NCBI GenBank assembly: GCA_964304625.1
Contig: OZ199838.1
Coordinates: forward strand, 7,611,266-7,675,265
Direction: 5' to 3'
DNA length: 64,000 nt
Source of the DNA: Kudoa neothunni
Taxonomy: Eukaryota; Animalia; Cnidaria
The notes beneath the pieces were generated by a model. The model made no database searches. It was not told where the DNA came from and saw nothing but the letters and a program-made list of their open reading frames with translations. The position numbers and the translations under genes were made by a program. Every line of letters begins with the position of its first letter. The stretch's first letter is position 1. This document shows positions 26,201-39,912 of the stretch, in pieces.

Positions 26201-26420
26201 ATACAGATGAATTAATGGAAGCTATCTTGAATCGTCCTGATGAAATAATACCTTCCTAACTTCAAAATTATTCTAATCACGCAGAGTCGTATTTTCCAAG
26301 ATGTTTAAATATGGAAGAAATAGAAAACTAATACTTATATGCGTTAATTTATTAATCCATTTTGACACATCACTGTTGCATTTTGATCCGACGCTGTTGT
26401 ATTTAGGTCTTGAAATACTG
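23279..26420 (+). mobile_element. Tc1/IS630-like element interrupted by a Tigger insertion
   Basis: TA flanks and about 37-bp TIR CAGTATTTCAAGACCTAAATRCAACRGYGTCGGATCA. HTH region at 23426..23803 and catalytic remnants IYIDESSF, LLIMDNV, LLFLPPYSP. Confidence 0.92.
23869..25788 (+). mobile_element. Full-length degenerate pogo/Tigger element
   Basis: TA TSD, TIR CAGTAGGTAAC..TTTTCCGTA, motifs GWFRGFKSR, YNLDETALFY, FLDNATCH, FLPKNSTSVLQPLDQGVI. Confidence 0.94.
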
Positions 26421-27616
26421 TATTGTTACGCATTGCATTTTACATAGATATGCATTAGCAACAAAGAATATGCCTCCAAGGCTGGCAGAAGTGTTGAAAA
26501 TCGTTATCGATTGTCTAAATTTTGTGAGGCATAGTGCTTTTAATCATCGAATCTTCAAATATTTGTACAAGAAGTGGATTCCTAACTTAAATACTTTTGT
26601 TTTATTCACATGTGAGGTGGCTAGCTCGAGGAAAAGTATTAAACCGCGTGTTTACATTGCGAAAGGAAATAGGTGTATTTTTGCTGGAGTGTAACCAATG
26701 CCATGCTCAATGTTTCAATAATTTAGAATTTACTCTTCTTTTGGCATACATGGCTGATATTTTTGGTTCCATAAATTGTTTGAATCAGCAGATGCATGGA
26801 AGTATAATCAACATCATTGAGACAGAGGAGTATCTTAATGCATTTCAAATATAATTATCTTTATACAAACGAAGAATAATGGTCGACAATTATGCAAACT
26901 TTCCACTTTTAGACGATATTTGTAATATTAGTGGCGGTGATAACAACGAATTGACCATTTTACTTTTTGAATTAAAGGAAATAATTGCTGCACATTTAGA
27001 AGAACTTTTTAACTCACTCGATGGTTATTTCCCTTCTAAAAATTCATTTCTCGATTGGGTGAGGCATCCATTTAGCTTTGAAACTTCAGCTGAGGATACC
27101 AATAATAAATACCTTCATGAACTTATCAAACTTCAACACAACAAAGTTCAAAAACAACTTTTCGAACAAGTTTCACCATCAATATTATGGATAAGTCAAA
27201 AGATGAAATATCCTACAATTTCGAAGAAGGCTTTGGAAGTTTTGATTCCTTTCGTAACAACTTACCTTCGTGAACAATCATTTTCAAGACTGGTCACCAT
27301 AAAAAATAAGTTACGAAATAAGCTTTTCTGTGAGAGCGATATACGGATTGCTCTCTCCAACATTTTTCCTCGTATTACGGAATTGGTTGCAAAAAAACAA
27401 GAACAAAAATCGCACTAATTAGTTTTATATTAATTTAATTTTTACATTTTGCAATTTTTATGATGTGCCAAATACTGATTAAATTATAATCCATAATTAG
27501 TTATAATTCATGTTATTTAAATTTTAAAAAATAAAAACTTTTAAGTTTGGGGGTACGACGAGGCATGCTATAGGGTAGTAAGGGCTCGGCGACTTCCAAA
27601 AGGTTATAGGCCACTG
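26421..27616 (+). mobile_element. 3' half of the same Buster hAT family as 15772..18092, inverted orientation
   Basis: ORF pieces are nearly identical to 15946..16950 and it ends with the degenerate TIR AGGTTATAGGCCACTG. Confidence 0.92.
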
Positions 27617-28516
27617 CAATAAATTAACTATAATGATAAATTGTTTATAAGGAAATTACTCAGCTATAGCAATATTATTAAGTTTTCTGACAATTATATT
27701 GTATACTTCTCGTTCAATATCCGTTTGATGTTTATAACTATTTCAACTTTGATATTTCAAATAATGTCTTAAATCAGGCAAATGAGAGAGGCAATTTAGG
27801 ACGGAATAATTTCTCGTGTTCTATAGTCATTTAAGAAACTTGTCATCTCTGTGACAATTACCATCACTTATAAAATCAGTAATTTCGGCGTCATTTTCAA
27901 TATTGTTTCCGCTCCACGCCTTCGCTGGTTTTGGAGAACTTTATTATTTTATATTCCTCTTTAGTGTCCTAGCTCAATTTTTATTTCTGCCCTCCGTCTC
28001 ACCACCAATCGAAAACAAAAATCTCAACACACCCGAAAGTTACGAATCACATGTCATTACAAAATAATCCAGAAAAACCTAATTAATTAATTTAAAAATA
28101 TTTTATTTATATTCATAATGGTCAAATAAATGTTTTTAAGTGGTTCGAGAAATAAATAACTTATTATAATCTTATGTGTACGTTAATTTTGTTATATTTC
28201 CTCAAATTACAAACTACTCGTCACTACGAACCACACATCACCCACCGTGTTATGCTTCATTCATTTTCTAATTATTGATTCCATAATGTCTTTAGTTTTA
28301 ATAGAAAATTAAATTTAGTCTGAATTAACAATATATGCACATATCAAAGTATATCATGCACTCATTCAAGTGTAGTCTTCGTGAACTATTGAATCACAAA
28401 AAGTTAAATCTTTATTGACAGTCAAGAAATTACATAATAATTATAACATCAATTAATTCATTATTATGTAAGTTTAAGAGTTTGATGTAATTTAATTAAG
28501 TTTAAGTTCTATTTAT

Positions 28517-28538
28517 GCAGGGTCTCGCGAGACCCTGC
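28517..28538. repeat. Perfect 22-bp palindrome GCAGGGTCTCGCGAGACCCTGC
   Basis: Directly visible GC-rich palindrome in very AT-rich surroundings. Confidence 0.85.
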
Positions 28539-28880
28539 TTGGGCAAAAGCGTTCTTTCAAATCGGTTGGTCCCGGATGGGCGATATTTTATCATTGAAAT
28601 GTACAATATCACCCAAAAAGAGTATAAATAGTTTTAGAAATATAAAGTTAGAAATATTTTTATTCGGCTGTGTTTATAGTTCCGTTTTACGAAAAACACA
28701 AAAAAATAAAGATTTAAAAGAATTTCATGTTATCCATTAAAAATAAAAATAATTTTTGGTATTATGTATGAATATAATTGTTAGTATCGTTTTATATCTC
28801 CGATATGTTGGAAAAATACCTATGGAACTGAGAACTGAGGTAACATGAGAAGCTTAAGAATCAATTAAAATGTGGTTATA

Positions 28881-30164
28881 CAGGGTATTTCATAATAAAT
28901 TGAACACATTTCAAAAATAATCGGACAAACGACGGAAACAAAAGGATTTATTTTTAATCAGGAAAAGTAATTTATTTTTGTTGTGATTAATTGGTTTTAA
29001 GAAATTATGGTATAGTTTTGTTAATATATTATTAAGGCATAATAGACGAAAAAAATATAAAACGATCGACCAGTCATTATATGATCAAATTGAGACTCCT
29101 ACAACAAGAGTCCGTAAAAAAAATATTCGAAATTACTGATTTAGGAAGATCCCAAATATATAAAATCAAATCTTTTATTGAGACCAACCAAGAAGCCCAC
29201 AGCTACGATGCATTTGCACAAAAAAGGGCGTCATCCGAAAAATAATACGATTCTCGAAAACAAAGTGAGAGAAATCGTTGGTCGAGATAACAGCCTAACA
29301 CAAATCGGCATAAAAAAACTACTCTCGAGAGATGTAAACCTTCCCAATAGTACTGTATGCAGACTGATAAAATCCGCTGAACTAACGAGAAAACGGCTTA
29401 AACTAAAGGCCTCCGTTATTTGGACGGATTCTCACAAAAGAACGGTAGCAGAATATGCTTCCAAGACTATAGGTCTGAGGAGAAAGAACATTGTTTTTCT
29501 TGGACGAATGCATATTCATTCTCCACGCATCGAATAATTATGGCTACTCGGAACCCAACAAAGACTCTATCGTCATGGCACGCCCTTCTAGAGGACGAAA
29601 TATATCGTTATGCGCTATTTTTTTCATTCAATGAATAATTGGCCATAAAATTCTGGATGGTGGATTTGATAGGACCCAATTTCTTGAATTTCTCGAACAA
29701 ATGATTTTAGAACGAAAAATCTCTCCTGGAGTTGTTCTTGTCATGGATAACGTTAGGTTTGATCACGTACAAGAGGTAAAAAGTCTGATGAGTATTAACT
29801 CAATTGAATGCCTATATTTTCCGTCGTATTCTCCTCAGCTAAATCCTATTGAGAACGTGTTTCCTGTTTTAAAGACAAAAGTCTCAAGTTTCCACCCAAG
29901 AGCCTAAAGTAGAGATGTTTTGGTTGATTATACCTTAAAATCCATGAATGAATTTAACCAAAACGACACAATTTTTTTTGAACTTTTTCAGAAAAACGTG
30001 GGACAATGTACATGAAGGATTAAACAATTAAATAGAACAACATGAGCTATTTTCCCTAACTTCGAGTTTATAGATATAACCAGTATTTTTTCTTAATTTC
30101 GAATTATGTCTACCGCGCTTTTGATTAATTTCGATATGTGTCCGATTTATTATGAAACACCCTG
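28881..30164 (+). mobile_element. Tc1/IS630-like DD34E element, full length, degenerate
   Basis: TA TSD, TIR CAGGGTRTTTCATAATAAAT, and MDNVRFDH...YFPSYSPQLNPIE with 34 residues between D and E. Length 1284 bp. Confidence 0.93.
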
Positions 30165-30448
30165 TAATATACCTATGAAAATTACGCAAACATTTAAAGT
30201 GACTATTTGCATGGTAAATAACATTCAGATGTCACTAGTTTTTACTATAGTTAATTATTTCTGGTCTTTCGCCTCGTTCTCAAGGGAAAACATAATTAAA
30301 TATAGCCAATTCCAAAAAAATAAATCTTCATAGAACTTATTATTAAAAATTGTCATTGTGCAGGCGTACATGCTGTTTAGGATTAAAATTTACCATGTAA
30401 ACAGTCCCTACCAAATTAAACGTTAGCGCATGCGTTCTGAGTTAACAC

Positions 30449-33400
30449 ATGGACCCTAACACGGACAATAGTAGTAAATTGAATGAAAACTCACCTCAAA
30501 CTACTGAACCAGGGTAAATTAACTCAAAATATTAAAATATTGTCATAACATTTGATAGTGAAATTCGTCATGAATTAGTTTTTTTCAACCTTCCCCGCTA
30601 TTTATCAATAAAAGTGAGCTTTTCCATTTAAATGTTTTTTATATTCACAAAAATAAATAGGACTTTAAGAATTTTGTTACTAAGTTGAATATCAAAATTG
30701 GACGGACAGTCTTTCCTTCTCGTTCAAACAAATGTTACATCACATTGAAGTATCCCTCTGTTCATCAATATTTCACACCGTTTATTCTAGGACCGAAGAA
30801 GATAAAGCTGTAACAGAATGTTTCACTTTCTAAATATAGCGTTTTTGGCTATAGGAAGCAGAATGCATAATTGAAGCGAATAAACCAATAACTTATAAGG
30901 GAAACCAGTTGGAATATAAGTTTATTCAGAATAGGATTCCGTGTACGAGATGAATGTTTGTCATTAAAAATTATAATAGTTGATAAAGCGTCACACATTG
31001 TCGCAGCAGATACAACAAACACACACACATACACGGAAGATGAACTTAAGATTAAGTATGCAGTTGGAATGGTGTTAAAAATGCTATTTTTAACCTAAGA
31101 TTATACGAAGCAATTGCACCTTATTGGGATATTGCTTACGATTCACAATTAAAAGTTATTATTTTTGTTCCTCTTTTTTGAACATTCTATATGTTAAATT
31201 AGCTCAAAAATAGGATGATCAGGGATGTATTAACAAAATTGGCCAAATTGTTAAAGAAAAAATTTTCCGTATTGTGCATGATTATTTATTGGATTTTATT
31301 TCTATTCATGAAGTATCCATCTGATAAGTTTTTGAATAATACGCAAATGTAACATTTTGCTTATTTTTTCATTGTCAAAAATAAAGTTATCCATATAGTT
31401 CGGCAATACTTCACCCTATCATTGATTCAGTGAGCGGTTTATTTTCTAATTATATTATTCGATATAATTTTTAGCCAGTCTTAAAGTATTATCGCAATAA
31501 AATAACCTTAGGAGTGGGCCCCTCAGCAAATGACCCTAAAAAAGTATGTGTTGGTTTTAGAATTGGGAAACTTAAAGGTATGTAATATCGTTTTCAATCT
31601 AATCAGTAATTATATGCAAAACCTGCCAACAGGGGGCTCATTCAACTATTTGTGTGATGATGTCCCTACTATGAAACGCATAGTGGTGAAAATTGCCAAG
31701 GTAAACAACATAACAACACACATAATTACCAAACTGTTCATCTTTGTGTATTATGTACATTTTAACTATAGATAACTGAAAAAATTGTCAATTTAAGTGA
31801 ATTGCCTGGTGATATTGTTACAACGCATCATTTTGAAAAGTAAAAACAACTCCCCGACACATTTTTATTCAGATATAGGTATTGGTCTACAGTTACCTTA
31901 AGATTCAATCAAAATAATCAGCTGATGATTATATTTGAGATTTGTATAACTGATTACGATAAAACAGTAAATTTTTGGATCATAACTTTGCTTCCTCCTT
32001 AAAACTGGTCAAGTTGTATGCCCGAGTCAAAGATTTGATATATGAACAATTAATCAAAGATTGGGACGATGAGATCGAAATTGTTTCGGCTTATATATGC
32101 TTCAGCAGAACCAGCAAGTTTGTTAATATTGTTATTATTAATTGGACCTTTTTCATCGATTGTGTTCGTGTACCTTTAGATCAACCCTACCCAAAATCTC
32201 CTATCCTCGATATGAATGTTTTCATGGTGATAAGGTAATAGGAAATCATCATTCCTTATGTCAATCTTAATTATCCAAATTATTAGTATCTATTAGAAAA
32301 TTTGTTTGGTTACAAATTCCGAATATCACCTGATTCATTCTTCCAAAGTAATATTTAAAAAAACTAAGCAAATTCCAATGTCATTAACGAGCTTGCAGCA
32401 AACACTAAGGGAGCTGAAAAACTGTATCAAATTCTGATTGATGATATTACCAGTTACAAAGAGAAGAACCTACCTAGCAAATTATTATTATTGGATGTGT
32501 GCTGTGGTACAGGCACAATAGGGATTTCGTTGGCTAGTGTAATCATTTTTCTTGCAAAATCCAAGTTTTTATGATTTATAAACTGGTCTAAAAGGTGGTT
32601 GATCAAGTTTATGGGGTAGAAATAGTTCCTAACGCCATAGAAGATGCTCTCCATAATGCTACACTCAATAACGTTTCAAATATATCTTTTATTTGCAATG
32701 ACGTACGCGACATAATAAACGATAAATGGATGAGTAGTTTACAGGAAGATTGTGACGCTACTAAACCGTTAAAAATTATTGCCGTTGTTGATCCACCAAG
32801 AGCTGGTTTAGGTAACTCGTGTGTAGGCAATTGACGTGGATTTAATTTTTAATTTTCCTGCCAACACATTTTTCCATTGATTCACTTAGATCCAAAAGTG
32901 ATTAGATGTTTAAGAAAGAATAATTTCGTCAGCCGAATACTGTTTGTTGCCTGTGATCCTCAGGCTATTATACCCAACATTGCGGAGTAATTTCATCGTG
33001 TTAACCCTTCGTTGCACGTTAAGGCTTAACGTGGTTGTGTCTCTGGACTCATTAAACTTTATTTTGCGGCTGAAATGCCGAAGACATGCTGCTTATCATA
33101 TTTTTATTTACGTAAAATTTCAATGAAAACTTAATCCTTTCATTCCCAAATTTTTTGTTTGTTCCGAAAATAATACACTGCCTGAAAATAGTTAGTTATT
33201 ATTTAAAAAGTCAAAATGTCAAAAAATTTTTTGAGTCATCAACGAATTACAATAAAAATGAAAATTAAATAAAAATCATGTTCGTACGTATCAAAAGAAT
33301 GTATAAATTGCACGCTATCCTTATAATTTATTGAAATTTTATTTTGTATCTGATTTGTAAATTAAGGCTTAATATAATCACTATGCTTACATTGATCTTT

Positions 33401-35040
33401 TTTTGTTCATTTGTGCCAACTTCTCATTTTCCATACCGTTCCATATCTAAAAATATTAAAGGATGAAGCTTTTTAAAAGAGCTGAAACATTTTGAGTTTT
33501 AATGTATGTTTTCCCCTTGAAGAAGATATATAATTATAAGTACAGTAGGTAACCGGTTGTACGTAATCTCCTCGGACCGTAAAAAAATAGCGCGCGAGTG
33601 ATCATTTATTTTACATTATATTGTAACATCTTATAATCAGAAAATCGTTAAATTTAATTAAAAAAACAATGAAAATTGAAATTGTATTTATCATATATTA
33701 TTGAAATGAAAAATAATTGGTTATTCTTTTTTGAGTTAAACTCTTTGAAATAATATCGTAAATGTCTTCATCTAAGGAAGCCAAACTTATTGATTGTTTC
33801 CTTTCGTAATATTCAAAAAATATTTTCAAATCTTTTGCATATTCCAGTGCTTTCTTACAACTGACTGGTCTGTTGTCAGACGCTTCCATTGTTTGAATTT
33901 CGAAGTCGATTATATCGTTGTCAGTGTGGTTAACTTAATACATATAATAAATACTAGACAAATTAATATTGAGGTGATCATTTAATGCAGACATCGAGGA
34001 AATCTTAAAATGTTTGGTTGTAGCAACCTTGGCATCATTATAAGGAAGGCTGGAGTAATATTTTATCATATTTTTCTTCGGCAGTTCTGTATTTTGACTT
34101 AGAATTATTACTCATTTTTAATAGTATAATATTTGAAAACCTAAAATCAACCACGAAAAATGGCGTACTATCCGTAAGTCACGCGACAAACAAATGTGAA
34201 TGTTCCGCAGTTTTTGATTTTAATTTTTAAATGTTTTGAACTTCAATCTAATCATAAAATTATTTTATAACTTATTCTGAAATGATTACGCAAAATATTT
34301 TGAAAAAAGCAAATTGCGTACTATGGGTAACCTACTGTAATGACTTATCAGATAATACACAACAATAATTCCTGTAAATATTTTTAAATTAATTTCTCGA
34401 CTTTTCAATTATATATATATATATCAATATTTTTAAATTAAGACAAATTACGTTTTAACAATAATCATTTATGGATTATATTACGATTACACATAAAGTA
34501 AGTTACATTGTGTAAAATGGCTCTATTTCTAATTTTTAAATGCGTATGCTAATGTTAAATTTATTAAAATTATTGTAATTTATTTTTGAATATATAAAAA
34601 AATCGCTTATTATTTTCAAATTATTTCGGAGAAAATATTCAAAATGGAGCGCTATAAGGGTACAAATTTTTCTCTTGTTCATTCGCAGTTTAAATAACCA
34701 TTGGGAACGAAAGGGTTAAAAAACAACACTTTAAGCAGAATTATTTTTAATTATTTGGAGGAATAAACGATTACAATAATATTAGTTAAAAATTAATTGC
34801 GTCTTTTATTTATGTTTCCTATTGTGAATTTGTATCTAAAAAAGACAGCCGTAAGGTTTTACTCACTTGCAACGGAGGGATGTGTGCGAGTATTGATTTT
34901 TACAAAAATTTAGTCTTATTCGAAGTAAGACCAGAACAATTGAAGGTCAAGCATTCACATTACAAAGATGCATACCCGTAGATATGTTTCCATATACAAA
35001 GCATTGTGAAACCGTTTTTGTTCTGGAACGTCATATGTAA
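30449..35040 (+). CDS. TRMT2A: tRNA (uracil-5-)-methyltransferase homolog A, many exons
   Basis: Motifs in order: YRNKITLGVG, FRISPDSFFQ, NTKGAEKLY, LLDVCCGTGTIG, VYGVEIVPNAIEDA, VVDPPRAGL, FVACDP, VDMFPYTKHCETVFVLER. The last intron is 32987..34913. The start codon is inferred. Confidence 0.92.
33005..34715. mobile_element. Non-autonomous piggyBac-type element in the last TRMT2A intron
   Basis: TTAA at 33001-33004 and 34716-34719, ends CCCTTCGTTGC / GGAACGAAAGGG. Confidence 0.7.
33543..34337 (-). mobile_element. Internally deleted pogo/Tigger element nested in the piggyBac-type element
   Basis: TA+CAGTAGGTAACC ... GGTAACCTACTG+TA, with a Tigger-type C-terminus (KSLTQKRITNYF) on the minus strand. 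Confidence 0.85.
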
Positions 35041-35494
35041 TTTAGTTTGTTACGCCTATTTCTCAATGTTTGGAGTGATCTTTATTCTTTGGCTCCAAAT
35101 TTTATTTAGAACCCTTATGTGAACAAAAAAACGAACTAGGTGCAAAAAAATTCGTTAAGGGCCAGTAAAAAATATTTTAATCATAAATTACTAATAAGCT
35201 TATTCATTGTATTATAATACACACCTAAAAATCATAATGCGACGTCCAACTTACAATCAGTAAGTAGAATCAGGACGCATTTTCACATGGCGTGAATGCA
35301 CTTTTTTAATAGAAATAGCCTTTTGGAATATTACAATGCATAGAAACCTGCAAAAAAAATAATCAGCTTCGATAAATCGTCGAATTTTTCGCAACATTGT
35401 AATAACAACAGTGCAAATAAATAATATTAGTGTGACCAATATATTAATAAATATAAATATGCTTTGAATGGCTGGAAATGTGTGTACTAATGTT

Positions 35495-38400
35495 TCAGGG
35501 TAGTGGCACCGTGGTGGAGACCGCGTAAGTTATTCCATGGCGCGCGCTAAGCGCGTTTGATAGTTGTCTATGTTTTGACATCATATAAAGCATACGACCC
35601 TGAGTGAAAAAAATCATGTACATAAACAAAATGTCATACATACTTGATACGCAGTGTGGACGAACTTTACAAGAACAGCTATAAGACCGAAACTGATTAA
35701 CAAGCTGAGGAATCCCAAGAAGAAAGATCCTTTTGCATTGTCAAAAGAGTATATCATAGTAATCAAACCACTACATACAAACGAAATTATTAAAGTTCCA
35801 CTGGATGAAAATAGGGTCACGTTTCATTAAATAAGGTGTATATCAACTTAGATCTTAAGATGATCAAATTTTGTAACATAATATTTGATAAGATGTGAGA
35901 AAAATTCAAGAAGTTACACTTAAGGGATAAATTAATTTAATCAAATGGTAAAAAATATTTTAGGATTCCATTATTACAATAAACTCCTTCATTATTCGTT
36001 GTCCATTGCACAAATATCATTATTAAATTTACCATTAAGTTCAAATAATTCCAATTTAGTAAATTTTTATTAATCAAACAAATAATAAAAAAGTAATTTT
36101 TCACGATGAAAATATATTATACAGTAGGTAACCGATTTTCCGTAATCCTCTCGGGACCGCGGAAAAATAAAAAAATAAGCCTATTTTAAATAAATTAATT
36201 TCATTTATACGATCATCCACTTTTATTGAAATAGTATAGTGTTTTATGTTATTTTTAATTGCATTTTTTAATGTGTATTCCGTAATTTTATAATGTTAAC
36301 TCATTATTTCGTCCAGACAATCAGTTCCTCTCTGTCGTATATTTTTTCTGCATGTATAAACATTTAAATGAATCTTTTGATGATATAAATTCTACCACTC
36401 GTTCATCTTCAGTTTAAACATTGAAGATTCAACAATCAAAGGAGCAAGCTCGTCAAAATGTTTGGATGTAGACATAATGACTTCCTCTTAAATAATCTCG
36501 GAATTTCCAACTGAGAATTTTTTATTGCTTAAATTAATATTTAATGAACGTTCGTATTTATCGACTGCAGGAAACTCATATTTTCTGAATCAGTTAAATA
36601 CAATATCCTTTGAAACATCGTCCCATTATTTATAATTAGGAACAATGTTTGAAGCGTACCTTGGTAGGATGTATTTATATCACTGCTAACTGCAACAATA
36701 TGATTTCCATTAAATTATTTTTGTAATTTGATTTGAATGAGAAAAAGGTTCCATGGTCTAATAGTTGCAAAACGCTAGTTGAATTTTTTGTAAGGAATAT
36801 AAGAGGGATATTGGACAAACGAATTTCGGCTTGGCAAGTGGCATTATTAAGATGTAATAAACTTTCTTGTATTTCGTTTTGAATACATTGTCAAAATTAG
36901 AAAGATATTTGTTAAATGTTTCTCTAGTCATTCATTCTTTCCTGTTTTATTTTTATTTTACTAGAAATGTTTTATTTAGCATTTTTAAAATAACATAATT
37001 TTTGTGAGTTCCAATCACAAGAGATTCAATGCCACCTCCAGGCGTAGATGCACGCCGCAAAACAGTAACTATTTTTTATATTTTTTCCCCTGTTGGAATT
37101 TTTTTCTCTCGACGAAACATGGCATTAAAAATAATGGACCTCTTTGTGGCTAGTAAAATAATGCAGTTTCGTTAAGATTATAGATACAGCCATTGTTGTT
37201 ACCTTGACTTAGTCATTCAACTTAGATTACCAATTTTCTACAAAACTTTAGTCAACATAAGCAGCATCACTAAAGGCAGTGATATTTTTAAATTCCATCG
37301 TGATTTAAAATCAATAAATCAATCAAGAGTCATTACTACGCTGAAATTCAATTCTTTTGTCAATTGGTTTCTTTCATGTAAGATATCATGAACAGATAGT
37401 TCAATTTTTTCATCCCAAGTAATTCACCCAGTCATATACTAAAGTATCGATGTCGTCGTTTGAACATTGCTTAAAATTTGTTCTCTCTGAAGAAGCCAAG
37501 CCAGTTTATAAGATAAAACTATATCTTCCATCCTAATCAAGATGATATCTAGAGTAGAAATGGAAGGAGCTTTAATTTACGAAAAGTAGTATTTTCGAAT
37601 TCCTGATTAGTGTACTTTAAAAAAATTAATAAATTTATATTTTAGTTTTATTATTTTCCCATTTTTAAACTTTCCAGACATTATACATGCAAAAAAGGCA
37701 CACCACTAAAGCCGCCTATAGCTGAAAAGTTACGGAAAATAGGTTAAGCGCTAATAATAGGAAAAACCACTTTTCAACGTTTAATTTTTAAAATTTTTTA
37801 TTATTATTTTTAAAACCGGAAAATAAAATATATGGTTTAAAATATTAAAATAATATTTTAAGGGAAGAAAGTCTGAAGTTACCGAAAATTGGTCAACCAC
37901 CGTATTTAAATCTCAACACATGGATTAATAATTATCATTGATATAAGAGGAAAAGTCATGGATCGATGATTGGTTAAGATTTATTTTTATGCATATTGAA
38001 AATTAAATTTAACTTTAAAAAAATAAAAAACCACAAAATTCATAAAATTATTTACTTATTGGAAGTTTTTCAAAATTGAGGGGTAATGTTTTCGATACTG
38101 TTATCATTTTTCGTTATAACAAGGATAACTTGAATGATATTTTATTAATTTCTTTTATCCTAAACGAGACGATGTGTATAAGTGCTTACAAAATATAATT
38201 TTCCGATGAAACTACAAATTAAACGATGTTCATGATTAAATGGATATCATTAGGTTACCTTAATAATTAAAAAAATTAACGATCTGCTTTGAATATTTCC
38301 ATAGAAGATTAATTCACATATAACGACCGACGCAATGAGATAACAACCGCATGCTTTATGTAAATCAGTCCCATTGGTATGCTCAATTATAAACATGATT

Positions 38401-39418
38401 TGACATATGTATAATGTTGAGTCAAATCAATTTTTAAAAATTAAAACTTAAAGTATAACTTAAACCCTTTAAATTAAAAATTATTTTACTTACCACCAAC
38501 CAGAACCATGTGCACCAATAATATTTATGACAAGATTTATCACGGCAACTACCGAGTTTAGCAAATACCAAAAGTAAGAATTTGGGTCGTCCAACCTATT
38601 TAATGTAGTTATTTGTAAAATAACTACATGATGATATACCTAACTGCACGATAAAAAAGGAAGTATTGAATCAAAAATATCAGAAAAACAAAAAGCGGAA
38701 CAAGAAGTAGGGCCATTAGAAAGTGCATCACTCTGTTTGGATAGTCAAGAATCAGATATGCGATAACACCAACAAAATTAAGCAACATAAGATCAATATA
38801 GGCTAATAATATATTTTAATGTAATGGACAAACCTCTAAAAAATTTACCAATCATAAAATAATATTGATATTTGACTAAATTTTGATATTCGGGAGCTAT
38901 TTCTTCAGGAATGTTGAAATAGAAACAAGGTTTTACAGGTAACCATGTCCACGATGATGGTATTGGCGGAAAATTTGGAATTCTTTGGCCTAAAATTTCA
39001 TAATTAAATTATAATTAAAATTATATCAACTGGGATTTGGTAGTCTTGTGGCATTAGGTGCAGCCGGTTGTTGTTGTTGTGGTGGCGGTTTTGAGGTATA
39101 TAAATCCTTTATAAGTACAATTATAAATAGATAAAAACACAGGAAAGTAAAATTTTTTAACCTTAAACTAATTTTTGTAACAACGAAAAATAATAAATTA
39201 AGTAAAAGCAAGTGATTAATTTATACCTCTTTTGTATCATATGTTTCATTATTGGTGTTTGGTTCTGGATTGTTGTATCCAAATGTAAGATGAGGTTGGC
39301 TTGCTTGAGCTGACTGTTGTGCTTGCACGCGAACTATAGCTGGGTCCTATGATTGTGTTTACCAAAAAGTTAGAATATCGAAGCTTATCACCGCAAAAGG
39401 ATTCGAGGGATCATGCAT
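35495..39418 (-). CDS. SCAMP: SCAMP paralogue B, multi-exon
   Basis: MHDPSNPFA start, NFPPIPSSWTWLPVKPCFYFNIPEEIAP, similar exon structure to paralogue A, ends RMLYMMSKHRQLSNALSARHGITYAVSTTVPLP*. Confidence 0.88.
36122..37902 (-). mobile_element. Heavily decayed pogo/Tigger element in a SCAMP-B intron
   Basis: TA+CAGTAGGTAACCGATTTTCCGTA at the left end and a degenerate right TIR. Collinear with 23869..25788 (YNLNETALFY, TSVLQLLDHG). Confidence 0.88.
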
Positions 39419-39912
39419 TGTTTATATATAAATTTTAATTAACTTAAGCGAACCTTATACTATTAGGTTGCGTTGATAGTGTGCGCTGTATTTCTCTTAA
39501 TATTGTCTAGAACAATTAATCTTATATATATATATCTATGAATATAAATATATATTGAGTTATTATTTCGATTATATCCGAGCGTGTACTTAGACAAATA
39601 CGAAGATGCGAAGAATCCTTCGTCCGAAATTCAATTCAATTTCATTTAATTATTTTAATTAAGATGATGCCTAAAATATTGTTATCATTTTTAATTAAAA
39701 TATGGATATGTGATTAATCTATATACATATAAATGAAATTATTTCTACCCCAGTGTTCGTTTGAAGTAGCTAGCATGTGCCAGAAGAATTTTTTTTAATT
39801 TTCCTTTTTTGTACATTTGAAAAGATAATACAATTGCGAAAATTCTATTCATTTTGGAGTATTCATGTAATCAATATTACTGATGGAAATAAAGAATTTT
39901 TTGTTGTCTTAC

